From Squalus acanthias (lineage: Eukaryota), in NCBI GenBank assembly GCA_030390025.1, contig CM059432.1:146198001-146262000 (forward strand): DNA of 64,000 nucleotides. Direction: 5' to 3'. The notes under the pieces are model-generated. The model was not told the DNA's origin and searched no databases. It saw only the letters and a program-made list of their open reading frames with translations. How positions within the stretch are numbered: the stretch's first letter is position 1; every line of letters begins with the position of its first letter. Below, in pieces: positions 25,655 to 37,182 of this stretch. A program made the position numbers and the translations under genes.

Positions 25655-25762
25655 ACGACCTGATAAAGGATGCATACCTGAAACATCATAACCTGTCTTT
25701 CTCTTTACAGCTGCTGACTGACCTGTTGTGTATTTCCAGCATTTTCAGTTTTTATTTCTGAT
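25655..25762 (+). mobile_element. Degenerate Penelope-like terminal fragment
   Basis: CTGATAAAGG..CCTGAAAC..GCTGCTGACTGACCTG..TTTCCAGCATTTTC..TTTATTTC matches the family at 23393 and 46983. Confidence 0.7.
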
Positions 25763-25826
25763 TGTCTTCTTAGTGGGTGTGGTTCAGGCAGCCCTAAAAG
25801 AAGGGATGAAAGTAAAGTGATATAGT

Positions 25827-26318
25827 AACTTGCCATAGAGGGAGTGCAGCGAAGGTTCACCAGACTGATTCCTGGGATGGCAGGACTGTCGTATGAGGAG
25901 AGATTGGGTCGACTAGGCCTGTATTCACTAGAGTTTAGAAGAATGAGAGGTGATCTCATTGAAACGTATAAAATTCTGACCGGGCTAGACAGACTGGATG
26001 CAGGGAGGATGTTTCCCCTGGCTGGGGGGGACTAGAATGAGGGGTCACAGTCTCAGGATATGGGGTAGGACATTTAGAACTGAGATGAGGAGAAATTTCT
26101 TCACTCAGAGGGTGGTGAACCTATGGAATTCTCTACCACAGAAGGCTGTGGAGGCCAAGTCACTGAATATATTTAAGAAGGAGATAGATAGATATCTAGA
26201 CACAAAAGGCATCAAGGGGAGAGAGCGGGAATATGGTATTGAGATAGAGGATCAGCCATGATCATATTGAATGGTGGAGCAGGCTCGAAGGGCCGAATGG
26301 CCTACTCCTGCTCCTATA
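25827..26318 (+). mobile_element. CR1 3' fragment
   Basis: QRRFTRLIPGM..SYEERL..RGDLIETYK; tail present. Confidence 0.92.
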
Positions 26319-27159
26319 GTGCAATAAAATACATTTTTAAATAAATTGTGAAATTCTTCAGTGCTGATCTAAGCAGTTTTTGATATGGCACACATTTCTG
26401 TTTGTTATGAAACTGTCTGTGTTTAATGACTTGCTTTTCCACCTCTTAATTATTAAAAATTACTTTTGGAATTTTGTTAACTGGTATTTATTTTATGCAT
26501 ATTCATTTCAGTCAATTTAATAGTTTATTTTTAAATGTAAACAATTCCAGTCCAAATAGAATAATAGATGAAGTATATGAAGCGTATTTTGTTTAACCCT
26601 AAATCAGTATTTGTAGCAAGAAGGGGTTAAATAGTTCTGTGAGGGATCTGGGTAGATTGACATTATAGAAACAGTTTGATAGGTGATTAGATTCATAGAC
26701 ATTGTCAGGATGCCGTATCAATCTGCTGTAACAGTTGACAATGCAAGGTGAATATCATAGGTGACAGCAAATCTATAATTCAGTTGAATCAGTTTGATGC
26801 TCAGAAACTTACACTGACCTTCAACAGCCCTTATAAGAACACTATTTTCATTTTTTTTAAGTATCTGGGGAGGGCAAGGAGTCAGTACATCATTGTTGGC
26901 ATTATAATGTCACGCGTTAGATGCGGTGATGAATTTTGATATGATTTAAAATCTTGTGATGTGTTTGGCAAACTATTTTGAACAGAAGATTGCGTCTAAA
27001 ATGTTATCCCACAGAGGGTTTTGTCCAAAGAAAATTAAGTCGATAGAACTTGAAAAGTAAAGCCCTCAACTTTCATCCTCTCTGCGTCACACTGCACTCC
27101 TTTTATTTTTTTGCTACAGCTTCTGTTGCTTCTGCTAGCTATAATTACCATGCATATCA

Positions 27160-27410
27160 TGAAACTTCTTTACCCAGAGAATGGTTCGAATGTGGAACTC
27201 GCTACCACAGGGAGTGGTTGAGGTGAATAGCATTGATGCCTTTGAGGGGAAGCTAGATAAGTACATGAGGGAGAAAGGAATAGAAGGATATATTGATAGA
27301 GTTAGATGAAGTGGGGTGGGAGGAGGCTGGTGTGGAGCATAAGCACTGGCATAGACCTATTGGGCCTAATGGTCTGGTTCTGTGCTGTAAACTTTGATGT
27401 AATTCTATGT
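27160..27410 (+). mobile_element. Older CR1 3' fragment
   Basis: FFTQRMVRMWNSLP; CR1-like tail. Confidence 0.75.
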
Positions 27411-27489
27411 AAGACAATGCTGTGTACAAGGTGCTCCAAAAATCCTGGAAAAACTATCCATGATTCTTGTATAAGGCCAACATTACTAA

Positions 27490-28312
27490 GGGCGCAATCT
27501 TGCCAGCCCTGGGGAGGTGGGATAGCCGGAAAAATGGCAGAATTTGGGGGCGGGTGCCCAACCCGCCTCCGTGCCGTATTGCCAGGAGGCGGGTAGCCGT
27601 CCCGCGCCGGGTCCCGTCTCCTTGGAGGCGGGAAGGGATTACAGCCACTTAACTGCCTGTTAACAGGTAGTTAACAGGCAGAAAATAGGCTTATCACCAT
27701 TTTGCCCACACAAGTGCGGGCTTCCTGAAGGCTCTGAACCCCGCCAGGGTCACCGAGGCGAGCAGTGGGTCTGCGGGAGTCGGAGGGGTGCAAAAGTGCG
27801 CTGTGGAGGTGAGTGATGGGCGCAAGTGTGGAGAGGTGAGTGTCTGAGGTAAGTGGAAAGTGTTAGAAAAAGTGTACTTACCTTTGTTTCTTCCTGCAGG
27901 CTTCAGTCGGTGGGTATGCGGAGAATCTCGCACCTCCGCGGTAGAGATGACAGATGGCCGCTGCATTCTCCAGTGCAACAACCATCTCATTTCTGAAAAA
28001 GAAAGAGGTTTGATGAGGTCTTGAATTCAAGAACTCATCAAACTACAGAGAATGTCAGTCTTTGACAGTTTCACAGAGCTGTCAAACGATGACAATTCAG
28101 CTGTCAAACATTTTTGACAGATGAAACGTCATAGGTTGACGTTTTCTGCAACCGGCTTTCCCTTAATTGGCCTGCTAAACCCACTGGGCAGGCTTAACAA
28201 GGTCAATCAAGGAAAAATAGCGTGGGTTGGCCAGAAGTTGATGGAGGTGGGACTGAAACTCGACAAGTGGGAGTCCCGCCTCCAAAAGCTCTCCATTGAG
28301 AAAATCACCCCC
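27490..28312. mobile_element. Harbinger-type MITE
   Basis: Imperfect TIR GGGCGCAATCTT / AAAATCACCCCC; TAA/CAA flanks; CpG-rich subtermini; right end resembles the Harbinger end at 51301. Confidence 0.6.
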
Positions 28313-28399
28313 CAAGTTTCTATCCTTCAAAACTGTCATCTTCATTCCGGCAGCATCCACAAATATATTTCTCTCTATTTGCTCTCATTTAAACCAAGC

Positions 28400-28652
28400 G
28401 TGTTCTCACCAGCTGCTGCTCCATCCCTCTGGCGCTGTGATATTTAAATGGCAACTCTCCCTCCTGACATCAGTCCAGGCTTCTGATGCAGATGGGAAAT
28501 CTTGTCTCTCTGCATTTATCCCACTGGGCTGTCTCCAGTTTTAAACCGGGAGCTTGGACTGGAGTCAGGAGCCTTGAAGGAGAGTTTATAATTAAATATC
28601 ACGGCACCGGAGAAGTGGGTAAATAGTCAACAGCAACAGCTGATAAAAATAC
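28400..28652. repeat. Degenerate ~250-bp inverted repeat (hairpin)
   Basis: Arm GCTGTGATATTTAAA..AACTCTCC..CTCCTGAC..CAGTCCAGGCT pairs with AGCTTGGACTG..GTCAGGAG..GGAGAGTT..TTAAATATCACGGC. Confidence 0.75.
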
Positions 28653-28746
28653 AATCTGTTGTTCCAGCACTGTGAAACTTAAACAATATCTTCCTGACTG
28701 ACCCGGCCCCCTCTGCAGATATGACATTTCTTCTTCTTGGTATCTA

Positions 28747-29302
28747 GGGTTAGAAATTCATGCGTGCACATTTTTGGGTGTGCGGGGGTGGGGTAAGGGG
28801 GGTAGGGTACATACCTTTTGCCTCAATGGTGAAGCCCGAGGAACCCTCGATAGTGAGCATTGGGCCTCGGGGGGAGGGGGGGTGGGATTGGAGGCCAGAG
28901 AGGGAAAGATAGGAGGCCGGGAATTGAGGATTAGAAGCCAGGGGTGAGGATTGGAGGCTGGGTCAGCAATCAGGAGTCAGGGGGGGGGGCAGCGGCTCCA
29001 TATTCAAGTAACTAAATCTGAAAAACTTACCTTTTTGGTAGCAGGCAATCCCAAGGTCTGGTGTTGGCGCCGGCTTCCTCAGGGCAAACCAATCTTGCAG
29101 TGATGACCGCTTATTTGCACATGCCAATTGTTTACTGCATGTTTCAGGCGTGGATCCTGCACACCTATTTTTTCCATCATCAATATGGCGGGTGGTACAC
29201 TTCCAGGCGGAAATTTGCACACGCTTCCTGCCCACCATATTGGGGGCTCAGTAGGCCGGTTAGCGCCCGAAAAATGGCAGTGTGTGGCAAAATTTATAGC
29301 CC
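28747..29302. mobile_element. Harbinger-type MITE
   Basis: TIR GGGTTAGAAATT / AATTTATAGCCC; CTA/TTA flanks. Confidence 0.65.
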
Positions 29303-29744
29303 TTATTCTGCTGAAGTGGAGCTTACACTGCAGTCAAGAGAGAGTGTTTTCATCATCATAGTGCTGGAACAATAAAGTGCATTCTTAATTACTGTTGGCC
29401 ACTTTCTCCCCAGCTTCTGCACTCTACTGTACGCTTAATGCTTTTTAGTATTCCAAATATTAGCTTTCATGTTGCCCCTGGAGGCCTGACAGGCACCAGC
29501 AGCTTGCTCAAGTGATTGAGCCCAATTTCAAGCGTACCATTGATAACATGCAGAAAATGGGCATGACTAATTTTTACCCCTATGTTTTAAAGAACGGGAT
29601 ATTTAAAAACGGTTCTAACATGCTCAAATCTGCAGGTTGCATTTTCAAAGAGATTGCTGAATGGCTCATTAAGCAGGTGGTGTGAGGAGAAGGAACAGAA
29701 CAATAGTTTTGCAGTCAGCAGTCATGTGAAGGAAAACAATATTT

Positions 29745-30845
29745 TTATATTCGTTCATGGGACGTGGGCGTCGCTGGCAAGGCCAGCATTTATTGCCCAT
29801 CCCTAATTGCCCCTTGAGAAGGTGGTGGTGAGCCGCCTTCTTGAACCGCTGCAGTCCGTGTGGTGAAGGTACTCCCACAGTGCTGTTAGGGAGGGAGTTC
29901 CAGGATTTTGACCCAGCGACGATGAAGGATCGGCGATATACTTCCAAGTCAGGATGGTGTGTGACTTGGAGGTGATGGTGTTCCCATACGCCTGCTGCCC
30001 TTGTCCTTCTAGGTGGAAAAGGTCGTGGGCTTGGGAGGTGCTGCCGAAGAAGCCTTGGCGAGTTGCTGCAGTGCATCTTTAGATTGTACACACTGCAGCC
30101 ACGGTACGCCGGTGGTGGAGGGAGTGGATGTTTAAGGTGGTGGATGGGGTGCCAGTCAAGCGGGCTGCTTTGTCTTGGATGGTGTCGAGCTTCTTGAGTG
30201 TTGATGGAGCTGCACTCATCCAGGCAAGTGGAGAGTATTCCATCACACTCCTGACTTGTGTCTTGTAGGTGGTGGAAAGGCTTTGGGGAGTCAGGAGGTG
30301 AGTCACTTGCCACAGAAGACCTAGCCTCTGACCTGCTCTTGTTGCCACAGTATTTATGTGGCTGGTCCAGTTAAGTTTCTGGTCAATGGTGACCTCCAGG
30401 ACATTGATAGTTGGGGATTCGGCAATGGTAATGCCGTTGAAAGTCAAGGGCGGTGGTTAGACTTTCTCTTGTTGGAGATAGTCAATGCCTAGCACTTGTG
30501 TGGTGCGAATGTTACTTGCTGCTTATCAGCCCAAGCCTGAATGTTGTCCAGGTCTTGCTGCATGTGGGCACGGACTGCTTCATTATCTGAGGAGTTGCGA
30601 ATGGCACTGAACACTGTGCAGTCATCAGCAAACATCCCCATTTCTGACCTTATGTTGGAGGGAAGGTCATTGATGAAGCAGCTGAAGACGGTTGGGCCTA
30701 GGACACTGCCCTGAGGAACTCCTGCAGCGATGTCCTGGGATGGAGATGATTGACCTCCAACAACCACAACCATCTTCCTTTGTGCTTCGTATGACTCTCC
30801 AGCCATCGGAGAGTTTTCCTCCGATTCTCATTGACTTCAATTTTA
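29745..30845 (-). mobile_element. 3' ~1.1 kb of the tRNA-headed CR1-group LINE family
   Basis: AGVPQGSVLGP, MFADD; colinear with 54330-55685. Confidence 0.92.
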
Positions 30846-30879
30846 CTATGTCTGAAGAATTAATGGATTGTGGCGTTCT

Positions 30880-31235
30880 TGGCCAAAAAATGCATTACTG
30901 TTCACTTAATGTGCAGGTCGTATGTGACCACTGCCAAAAATGTTTATGCAATTGAAATATTTGTTTTCTGTGGAATGCAAAGGTTCCCCAATTGTTCAAA
31001 GGGGGAAGGGGGTGGGGGGCAGGAAAACAACGTTCTCTCCTCAGACACGTGAGTTAATTGCTGCAAAAATGGCTGATGCCACCTATGCAAAATCCCCTAC
31101 TAGTGGCTTATAATAACAAAACAAGGCAGAAATATTTCAGCTCTTAAAACAACTTTTCTGCGTTTTGGACCATTGATCGTCCTTTGCTGTCAGACCTGGA
31201 GCAATTTGGCAGAGTATGCTGTATTGCCACATGGT
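30880..31235 (+). pseudogene. Highly decayed Harbinger (HARBI1-like) transposase remnant
   Basis: YCSLNVQVVCDH motif; downstream FQLLKQLFCVLD resembles the GxLKxRFRxL motif. Confidence 0.55.
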
Positions 31236-31566
31236 GAATGATGTTGTGGTTCTGGAAACGGTCCGTAGGAGGACTACTCAAATGATTCCTGGCTTAAAAG
31301 CCCTTAGTTATCATGATTAGGCTCTGGGGGGGGGGGGCGGGGGGGTGGGCGCGGGGAACTTACATTCCAACATACACAAGAGGCAATCTGAAACCACGGA
31401 TACTCACAAATTACAAACTACGGACAGCCTTCAATGCACCAATCCCTTTTACACCTTAAAACATGGGACACAGCCTGGCACACACCTTTAAAATGTTGAA
31501 AGTATCTACTGTATCTGTGTCTGAAGATAATGATGGCTGATGGATTGTCACTCGACTCCTTTTTGT

Positions 31567-31924
31567 CCGGGGTTTCAATCCCCCCTTCAGCCGCTGTCCC
31601 TGCCGGTGTCCGGGGTTTGAATCCCCCTGTTAGTAGTCAACCTCCTTTCTCCTCTGGTTCACAACAACACGTTTCGAGTAAGCACGAGACTTCATAGTGG
31701 AGTATACGGAACAGTCTTTATTGATGCACAGTAAAGGTGAGCAGCAGCAGTCCATACTGGATCCAGGGTTTGAATCCCCTCCTGCAGTCGCTGCCTATAC
31801 TGGATCCGGGTTTTGAATCCCCTCCTGCAGTCGCTGCCCATACTGGATCCGGGTTTTGAATCCCCTCCTGCAGCCACTGTCCCTGCCAGTGTCCAGGGTT
31901 TGAATCTGCCCTGCAGCAGCTGTC
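31567..31924. repeat. 43-bp minisatellite (about 6 units in two blocks)
   Basis: Unit CTGGATCCGGGTTTTGAATCCCCTCCTGCAGTCGCTGCCCATA and variants. Confidence 0.85.
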
Positions 31925-32040
31925 AGTACATACAATGATCATTTTGAAAATAAGGACACCTGCAAAAAAAGGACCGCTGATGCCAGTCCCTTAGGTGTTC
32001 GTAACTAACAGGTTTCATTGTATTTGAAATGTTGAAAGCT

Positions 32041-32220
32041 GTAGAAAAGGGCGAGGCCGAGAGCGGAGCGGGAGAAAAGGGCGAGGCCGAGAGTGGAGCG
32101 GGGGAAAAGGGCGAGGCCGAGAGTGGAGCGGGAGAAAAGGGCGAGTCCGAGAGTGGAGCGGGAGAAAAGGGCGAGGCCGAGAGTGGAGCGGGGGAAAAGG
32201 GCGAGTCCGAGAGTGGAGCG
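32041..32220 (+). repeat. Six 30-bp tandem monomers at a CR1 5' end
   Basis: GGRGAAAAGGGCGAGKCCGAGAGTGGAGCG x6, followed by GTGACATCAC. Confidence 0.92.
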
Positions 32221-34410
32221 GGGGAAAATCACAAAGTGACATCACAGCACAAGGAGGGGCGGCAAGGGTAAGTTACAGGTAAATATTTAATTTAATCTAC
32301 CTATAACTTAAACTAGATCAAGTAGTTAGTTAAAAAACTAAAAAGAAAAGCTAAGTTGATGAAATACATAAACTTTAATTAATTAAATAAATAAAATAAG
32401 GTTAGATAGGGATGGCAGTGCAGGTGGTGTGCTGCAACTGCAGCATGTGGGAGTTTGTGGAAAGCATTGTGATCCCGGACAACAATATCTGCAGTAAGTG
32501 TCTGCATCTCGGGGAACTTGAACTCAGAGTTTTTGAGCTGGAGTCCGAGGTGCAGACATTGCGGGGCATCAGGGAGGGGGGAGAGTTACCTGGACACTTT
32601 GATCCAGGAGGCAGTCACACCCCTTAGATTTGGTAGTGGTACAGGTCTGGTTAGTGGCCCAGGACAGGAGAGTGTGACTGCAACTCAGGCAGGTAAAGGG
32701 AACCCAGGTGCAGTGCTGGAGGAGCCTTGGCCTTTGCCCTTATCCAACAGGTACGAGGTTCTTGCTGCCTGTGTGGATGAGCGCAAAGTCTGCAGGGTGG
32801 ATGAGCAAACTGACCATGGTACAGGAGGCCATTCAAATGGGGGGAGTGAAAAGGAATGTTGTAATACTAGGGGACAGTATAGTCAGGGAAATAGATGCTG
32901 TTCTCTGCAGCCGTGCCCATTAGTTCCGCAGGTTGTGTTGCCTGCCTGGTGCCAGGTTTAAGGACATCTCCTCACAGCTGGAGAAGAACTTGGAGTGGAG
33001 GGGGAGGATCCAGTTGATGTGGTTCACGTAGGAACCAACGACATAGGTAGAACTAGGAACAAGGTTCTGCTGAGAGAGTTTGAGGAGCTAGGGTCCAAAT
33101 TAAAATGCAAAACCTCACAGGTAATAACCTCTGAAATGCTACCTGAGCCTTGCACAAATTCGCATAGGGACGAACAGATCAGAAGGTTAAATGAGTGGCT
33201 GAAAGAGTGGTGTGGGAGGCAAGGGTTTTTATTCATGGGACCACTTCAGGGAAAAGAGGGAGCTGCTCTGTTGGGACGGGCTCCACTTTAACTGGGCTCG
33301 GACCAGTGTCCTGGTGAATCGAATCGAATAACTAGGATGGTAGATAGGGCTTTAAATTAATAAAGGGTGGGGGGAGGATTCAGGAAAGGGTAAATTCAAA
33401 AGCAGTAAAAGAAAAGTCAAGGCTATGGAGCTGAGTGGCAATTTGATAAAAATAAGAGTGGGTCAGGAAGGGACAGAGAGCACTATATCTGAATGCGCGA
33501 AGCATTCGCGACAAAATGGATGAATTAATAGCACAGATAGAAATAAATGAGTTTGATCTACTAAACATTAGGGCGACGTGGTTGCAGAATGACCAAGGTT
33601 GGGAACTAAATATTTCAGGATACTTGACTTTTAGAAGAGATAGGCAGAATGGAAAGGGCGGGTGGGGGTAGCCCTGATAATAAAGGATGGGAGAAAGACA
33701 GGAGAGAGAAAAGATCTTCGTTTGGAAAATCAAGATGTAGAGTCAGTTTGAGTGGAGCTAAGAAACAACAAGGGGCAGAAAACTGGTGGGAGTAGATTAT
33801 AGGTCCCCGAACAACAGTATAAAATCAGGAAATTGGAGCAGCATGTGACAAGGAAAATACAGTAATCATGGGGGACTTTAACCTTTATATATAATGTGGA
33901 GAAATGTGAAGTTATCCACTTTGGTAGGAAAAATAGAAAAGCAGAATATGTTTTAAAACATGAGAGACTAGGAAATGTTGGTATTCTGAGGGACCTGGGT
34001 GTCCTTGTACACGAATCACTGAAAGCTAACATGCAGATACAGCAAGAAATTAAGAAAGCAAATAGTATGTTCGCATTTATTACAAAGAGATTGGAGTATA
34101 AGAGTAAAGAAGTCTTACTGCAATTATACAGGGCCTTGGTGAGACCACACCTGGAGTACTGTGTACCGTTTTGGTCTCCTTACCTAAGGAAGGATATACT
34201 TGCCTTGGAGGGAAGGTTCACCAGACTGGTTCCTGGATGGGGGGGATTGTCCTATGAGGAGAGATTGAGTAGACTAGGCCTATATTCTCTAGAGTTTAGA
34301 AGAATGAGAGGTGATCTCATTGAAACATATAAACTTCTTACAGGGCTTGACAGAGTAGATGCAGGGAGGATGTTTTGCCTGGCTGGGGAGTCTAGAACTA
34401 GGGGTCACTT
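32041..34410 (+). mobile_element. CR1 LINE with 5'UTR, decayed ORF1 (zinc finger/leucine zipper + SGNH esterase) and internally deleted ORF2
   Basis: ATG at 32412; CxxC..CxxC..LELRVxELE; GDS, HVGTND and DGLH esterase motifs; jump from endonuclease MGDFN to the RT C-terminus near 33890. Confidence 0.92.
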
Positions 34411-34834
34411 ATATGCAAAAACAGAAAGACAGCAAGATAACATTGGTACAGATAAGCAAATCTTACACTTCAAAAAAATCAAAGTCAGCGTCCATAATTC
34501 TTGCCGTTGTACTCTGCGAGGTCTTCTGATGGTACATGTGGAAGAGTTGCTGCTTCTGAACAAACAAATAGTTTATTTTTCCTCCACATATTAGAGGAAG
34601 GCAAATAGAAGACTGTGAAGGGTCCCTGTGGTTTTTTTGGGGGGGAATTTTAACCCCAAAAAACAGGTTGGTTGGGGTCGGGTGGGAGGTTAAAATATTA
34701 AAAATGTGAATCCCGACCCCGACCCACCCATTTCCAGGTTTAACAGAGGCGGGACAGGGGTCGAGCAGCCAACCCACTCCCAGGAGTCAGACTGGCACTT
34801 TAAATATTATAATGAGGCTGGAAGCCTCTGATTT

Positions 34835-36104
34835 CATAGAATCAAAGAATCATAGAAATTTACAGCACAGAAGGAGGCCATTCGGCCCATCTTGTTTGTG
34901 CCGGCCGACAAAGAACTATCCACCCAAATCCCACCTCCCAGCACTTGGCCCGTAGCCTTGCAGGTTACGGCACTTCAAGTGCATATCCAAGTACTTTTTA
35001 AATGTGATGAGGGTTTCTGCCTCTACCACCCTTTCAGGCAGTGAGTTCCAGACCCCCACCACCCTCTGGGTGAAAAAGTTTCTCCTCAACTCCCCTCTAA
35101 ACCTCCTACCAATTACTTTAAATCTATGCCCCCTGGTTATTCCCCTCGCTGCTAAGGGAAATAGGTCCTTCCTATCCACTCTATCTAGGCCCCTCATCAT
35201 TTTATACACCTCAATTAGGTCTCCCCTCAGCCTCCTCTGTTCCAAAGAAAACAACCCCAGCCTATCCAATCTTTCCTCATAGCTAAAATTCCCCAGCCCA
35301 GGCAACATCCTCGTAAATCTCCTCTGCACCCCCTCTAGTGCAATCGCATCCTTCCTGTAATGTGGTGACCAGAACTGCACGCAGTACTCTAGCTGTGGCC
35401 TAACTAGTGTTTTATACAGTTCAAGCATAACCTCCCTGCTCTTATATTCTATGCCTCGGCTAATAAAGGCAAGTATCCCGTATGCCTTCTTAACCACATT
35501 ATCTACCTGTCCTGCTACCTTCAGGGATCTGTGGACATGCACTCCAAGGTCCCTTTGATCTTCTGCACTTCTCAGTGTCCTACCACTTATTGTGTATTCC
35601 CTTGCCTTGTTAGCCCTCTCCAAATGCATTACCTCACACTTCTCCAGATTGAATTCCATTTGCCACTGTTCTGCCCACTTAACCAGACCGTTGATATATT
35701 CCTGCAGTCTGCAGCTTTCTTCTTCATTATCAACCGCACGGTCAATTTTTGTACATTCTGCAAACTTCTTAATCATACTTCCGACATTGAAGTCTAACTC
35801 ATTGATATATACCACAAAAAGCAAGGAACCTAGTACTGAGCCCTGCGGAACCCCACTGGAAACAGTCTTCCAGTCACAAAAACACCCTTTGACCATTACC
35901 CTCTGCTTCCTGCCTGTGAGCCAATTTTGAATCCAACGTGCCACTTCCCCTTGGGTCCCATGGGCTTTTACTTTCGTGACCAGTCTGCCATGCGGGACCT
36001 TATCAAAAGCCTTGCTAAAATCCATATAGACTACATCAAATGCTCTACCCTCATCGACCCTCCTTGTTACCTCCTCAAAAAATTCAATCAAGTTAGTCAG
36101 ACTG
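34835..36104 (-). mobile_element. CR1 3' fragment with a long open RT frame (catalytic FADD mutated to FAEC)
   Basis: ORF 34916-36139 (CR1-derived from ~36104 downward); TTCTATGA tail. Confidence 0.92.
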
Positions 36105-36584
36105 TGCAGGTTTAACTGTGGCCATTTGGGTCCGATCATCGGGGTGGGGGGGGGAGTCTAATCCCCAGGGATCGGACCAGTCCGGGGATCAGAACCCCAC
36201 CCCGCGATGATCGGATCGCCCCCTTCGGGGTTGGGGATCGGCCCTCCCCCAGGTTAGGAGATCGGACCCCCCGGGAACAGACCCCGCCATGGGTTGGGGA
36301 TCAGACCTTCCGGTGTTAGGGATTGGCCCCCACAGGATCGGACCCCCCCCCCCCCTTCCAGGTGATGTGGCCTCTTCTCCAGTGTTCCCCATCTGACTGG
36401 AAGCCAAGCACATAAGAAATAGGAGCAGCTGTAGGCCATTCGGCCCCTCGAGCCTGCTCCGCCATTCAATAAGATCTTGGCTGATCATCGACCTCAACTC
36501 CAACTCCACTTTACAGCCCGATCCCCAAAAATCTTGATTCCCTTAGTGTCCAAAAATCTATCGATCTGTGTCTTAAATATACTC

Positions 36585-36795
36585 CTGATGCGGAGATGCC
36601 GGTGTTGGACTGGGGTGGACAAAAGTGAGAAGTCGCACAACACCAGGTTATAGTCCAACAGCTTTATTTGAAATCGCAAGCTTTCGGAGCGCTGCTCCTT
36701 CATCAGGACTTCACCTGACGAAGGAGTAGCGCTCCGAAAGCTTGTGATTTCAAATAAAGCTGTTGGACTATAACCTGGTGTTGTGCGACTTCTCA
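36585..36795. mobile_element. Penelope-type inverted terminal insert with two hammerhead cores
   Basis: 13-bp TSD CTTAAATATACTC; ~85-bp inverted arms; CTGAYGA-AGGAG..CTCC-GAAAGCTT on both strands. Confidence 0.85.
36708..36750 (+). ncRNA. Minimal type I hammerhead ribozyme motif
   Basis: Stem I UCAC/GUGA; CUGACGA; stem II GGAG/CUCC; GAAA; palindromic AAGCUU stem III; NUH = CUU. Confidence 0.7.
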
Positions 36796-37182
36796 CTTAA
36801 ATATACTCAACAACTGAGCATCCAAAACCCTCTGGGGTAGAGAATTCCAAAGATTCACAACCCTTTGAATAAATAAATTTCTCCTCATCACAGTCCTAAA
36901 TGGCCGACCCCTTATTATGAGACTGTGACCCCTGGTTCTAGACTCTCCAGCCAGGGGAAACATCCTCCCTGCATCTACCCTGTCAATCCCCTTCAGAATC
37001 TTGTATGTTTCAATGAGATCACCTCTTGTTCTTCTAAACTCTAGAGAATATAGGCCTAGTCTACTCAATCTCTCCTCATAGGACAATCTCCTCATACCAG
37101 GAATCAGTCTATTGGACCTTTGTTGCATTCCCTCGAAGGCAAGTATATCCTTAGGTAAGGAGATCAAAACTGTACACAATAC

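Noticed and set aside
25609..25660. Possible 51-nt minus-strand exon (AG..GTGAGT)
   Set aside because: No recognisable protein; the acceptor derives from a Penelope remnant; needs RNA-seq
31567..32220. CRISPR-like appearance of the 43-bp and 30-bp repeats
   Set aside because: Tandem units without unique spacers, no cas genes, eukaryotic context
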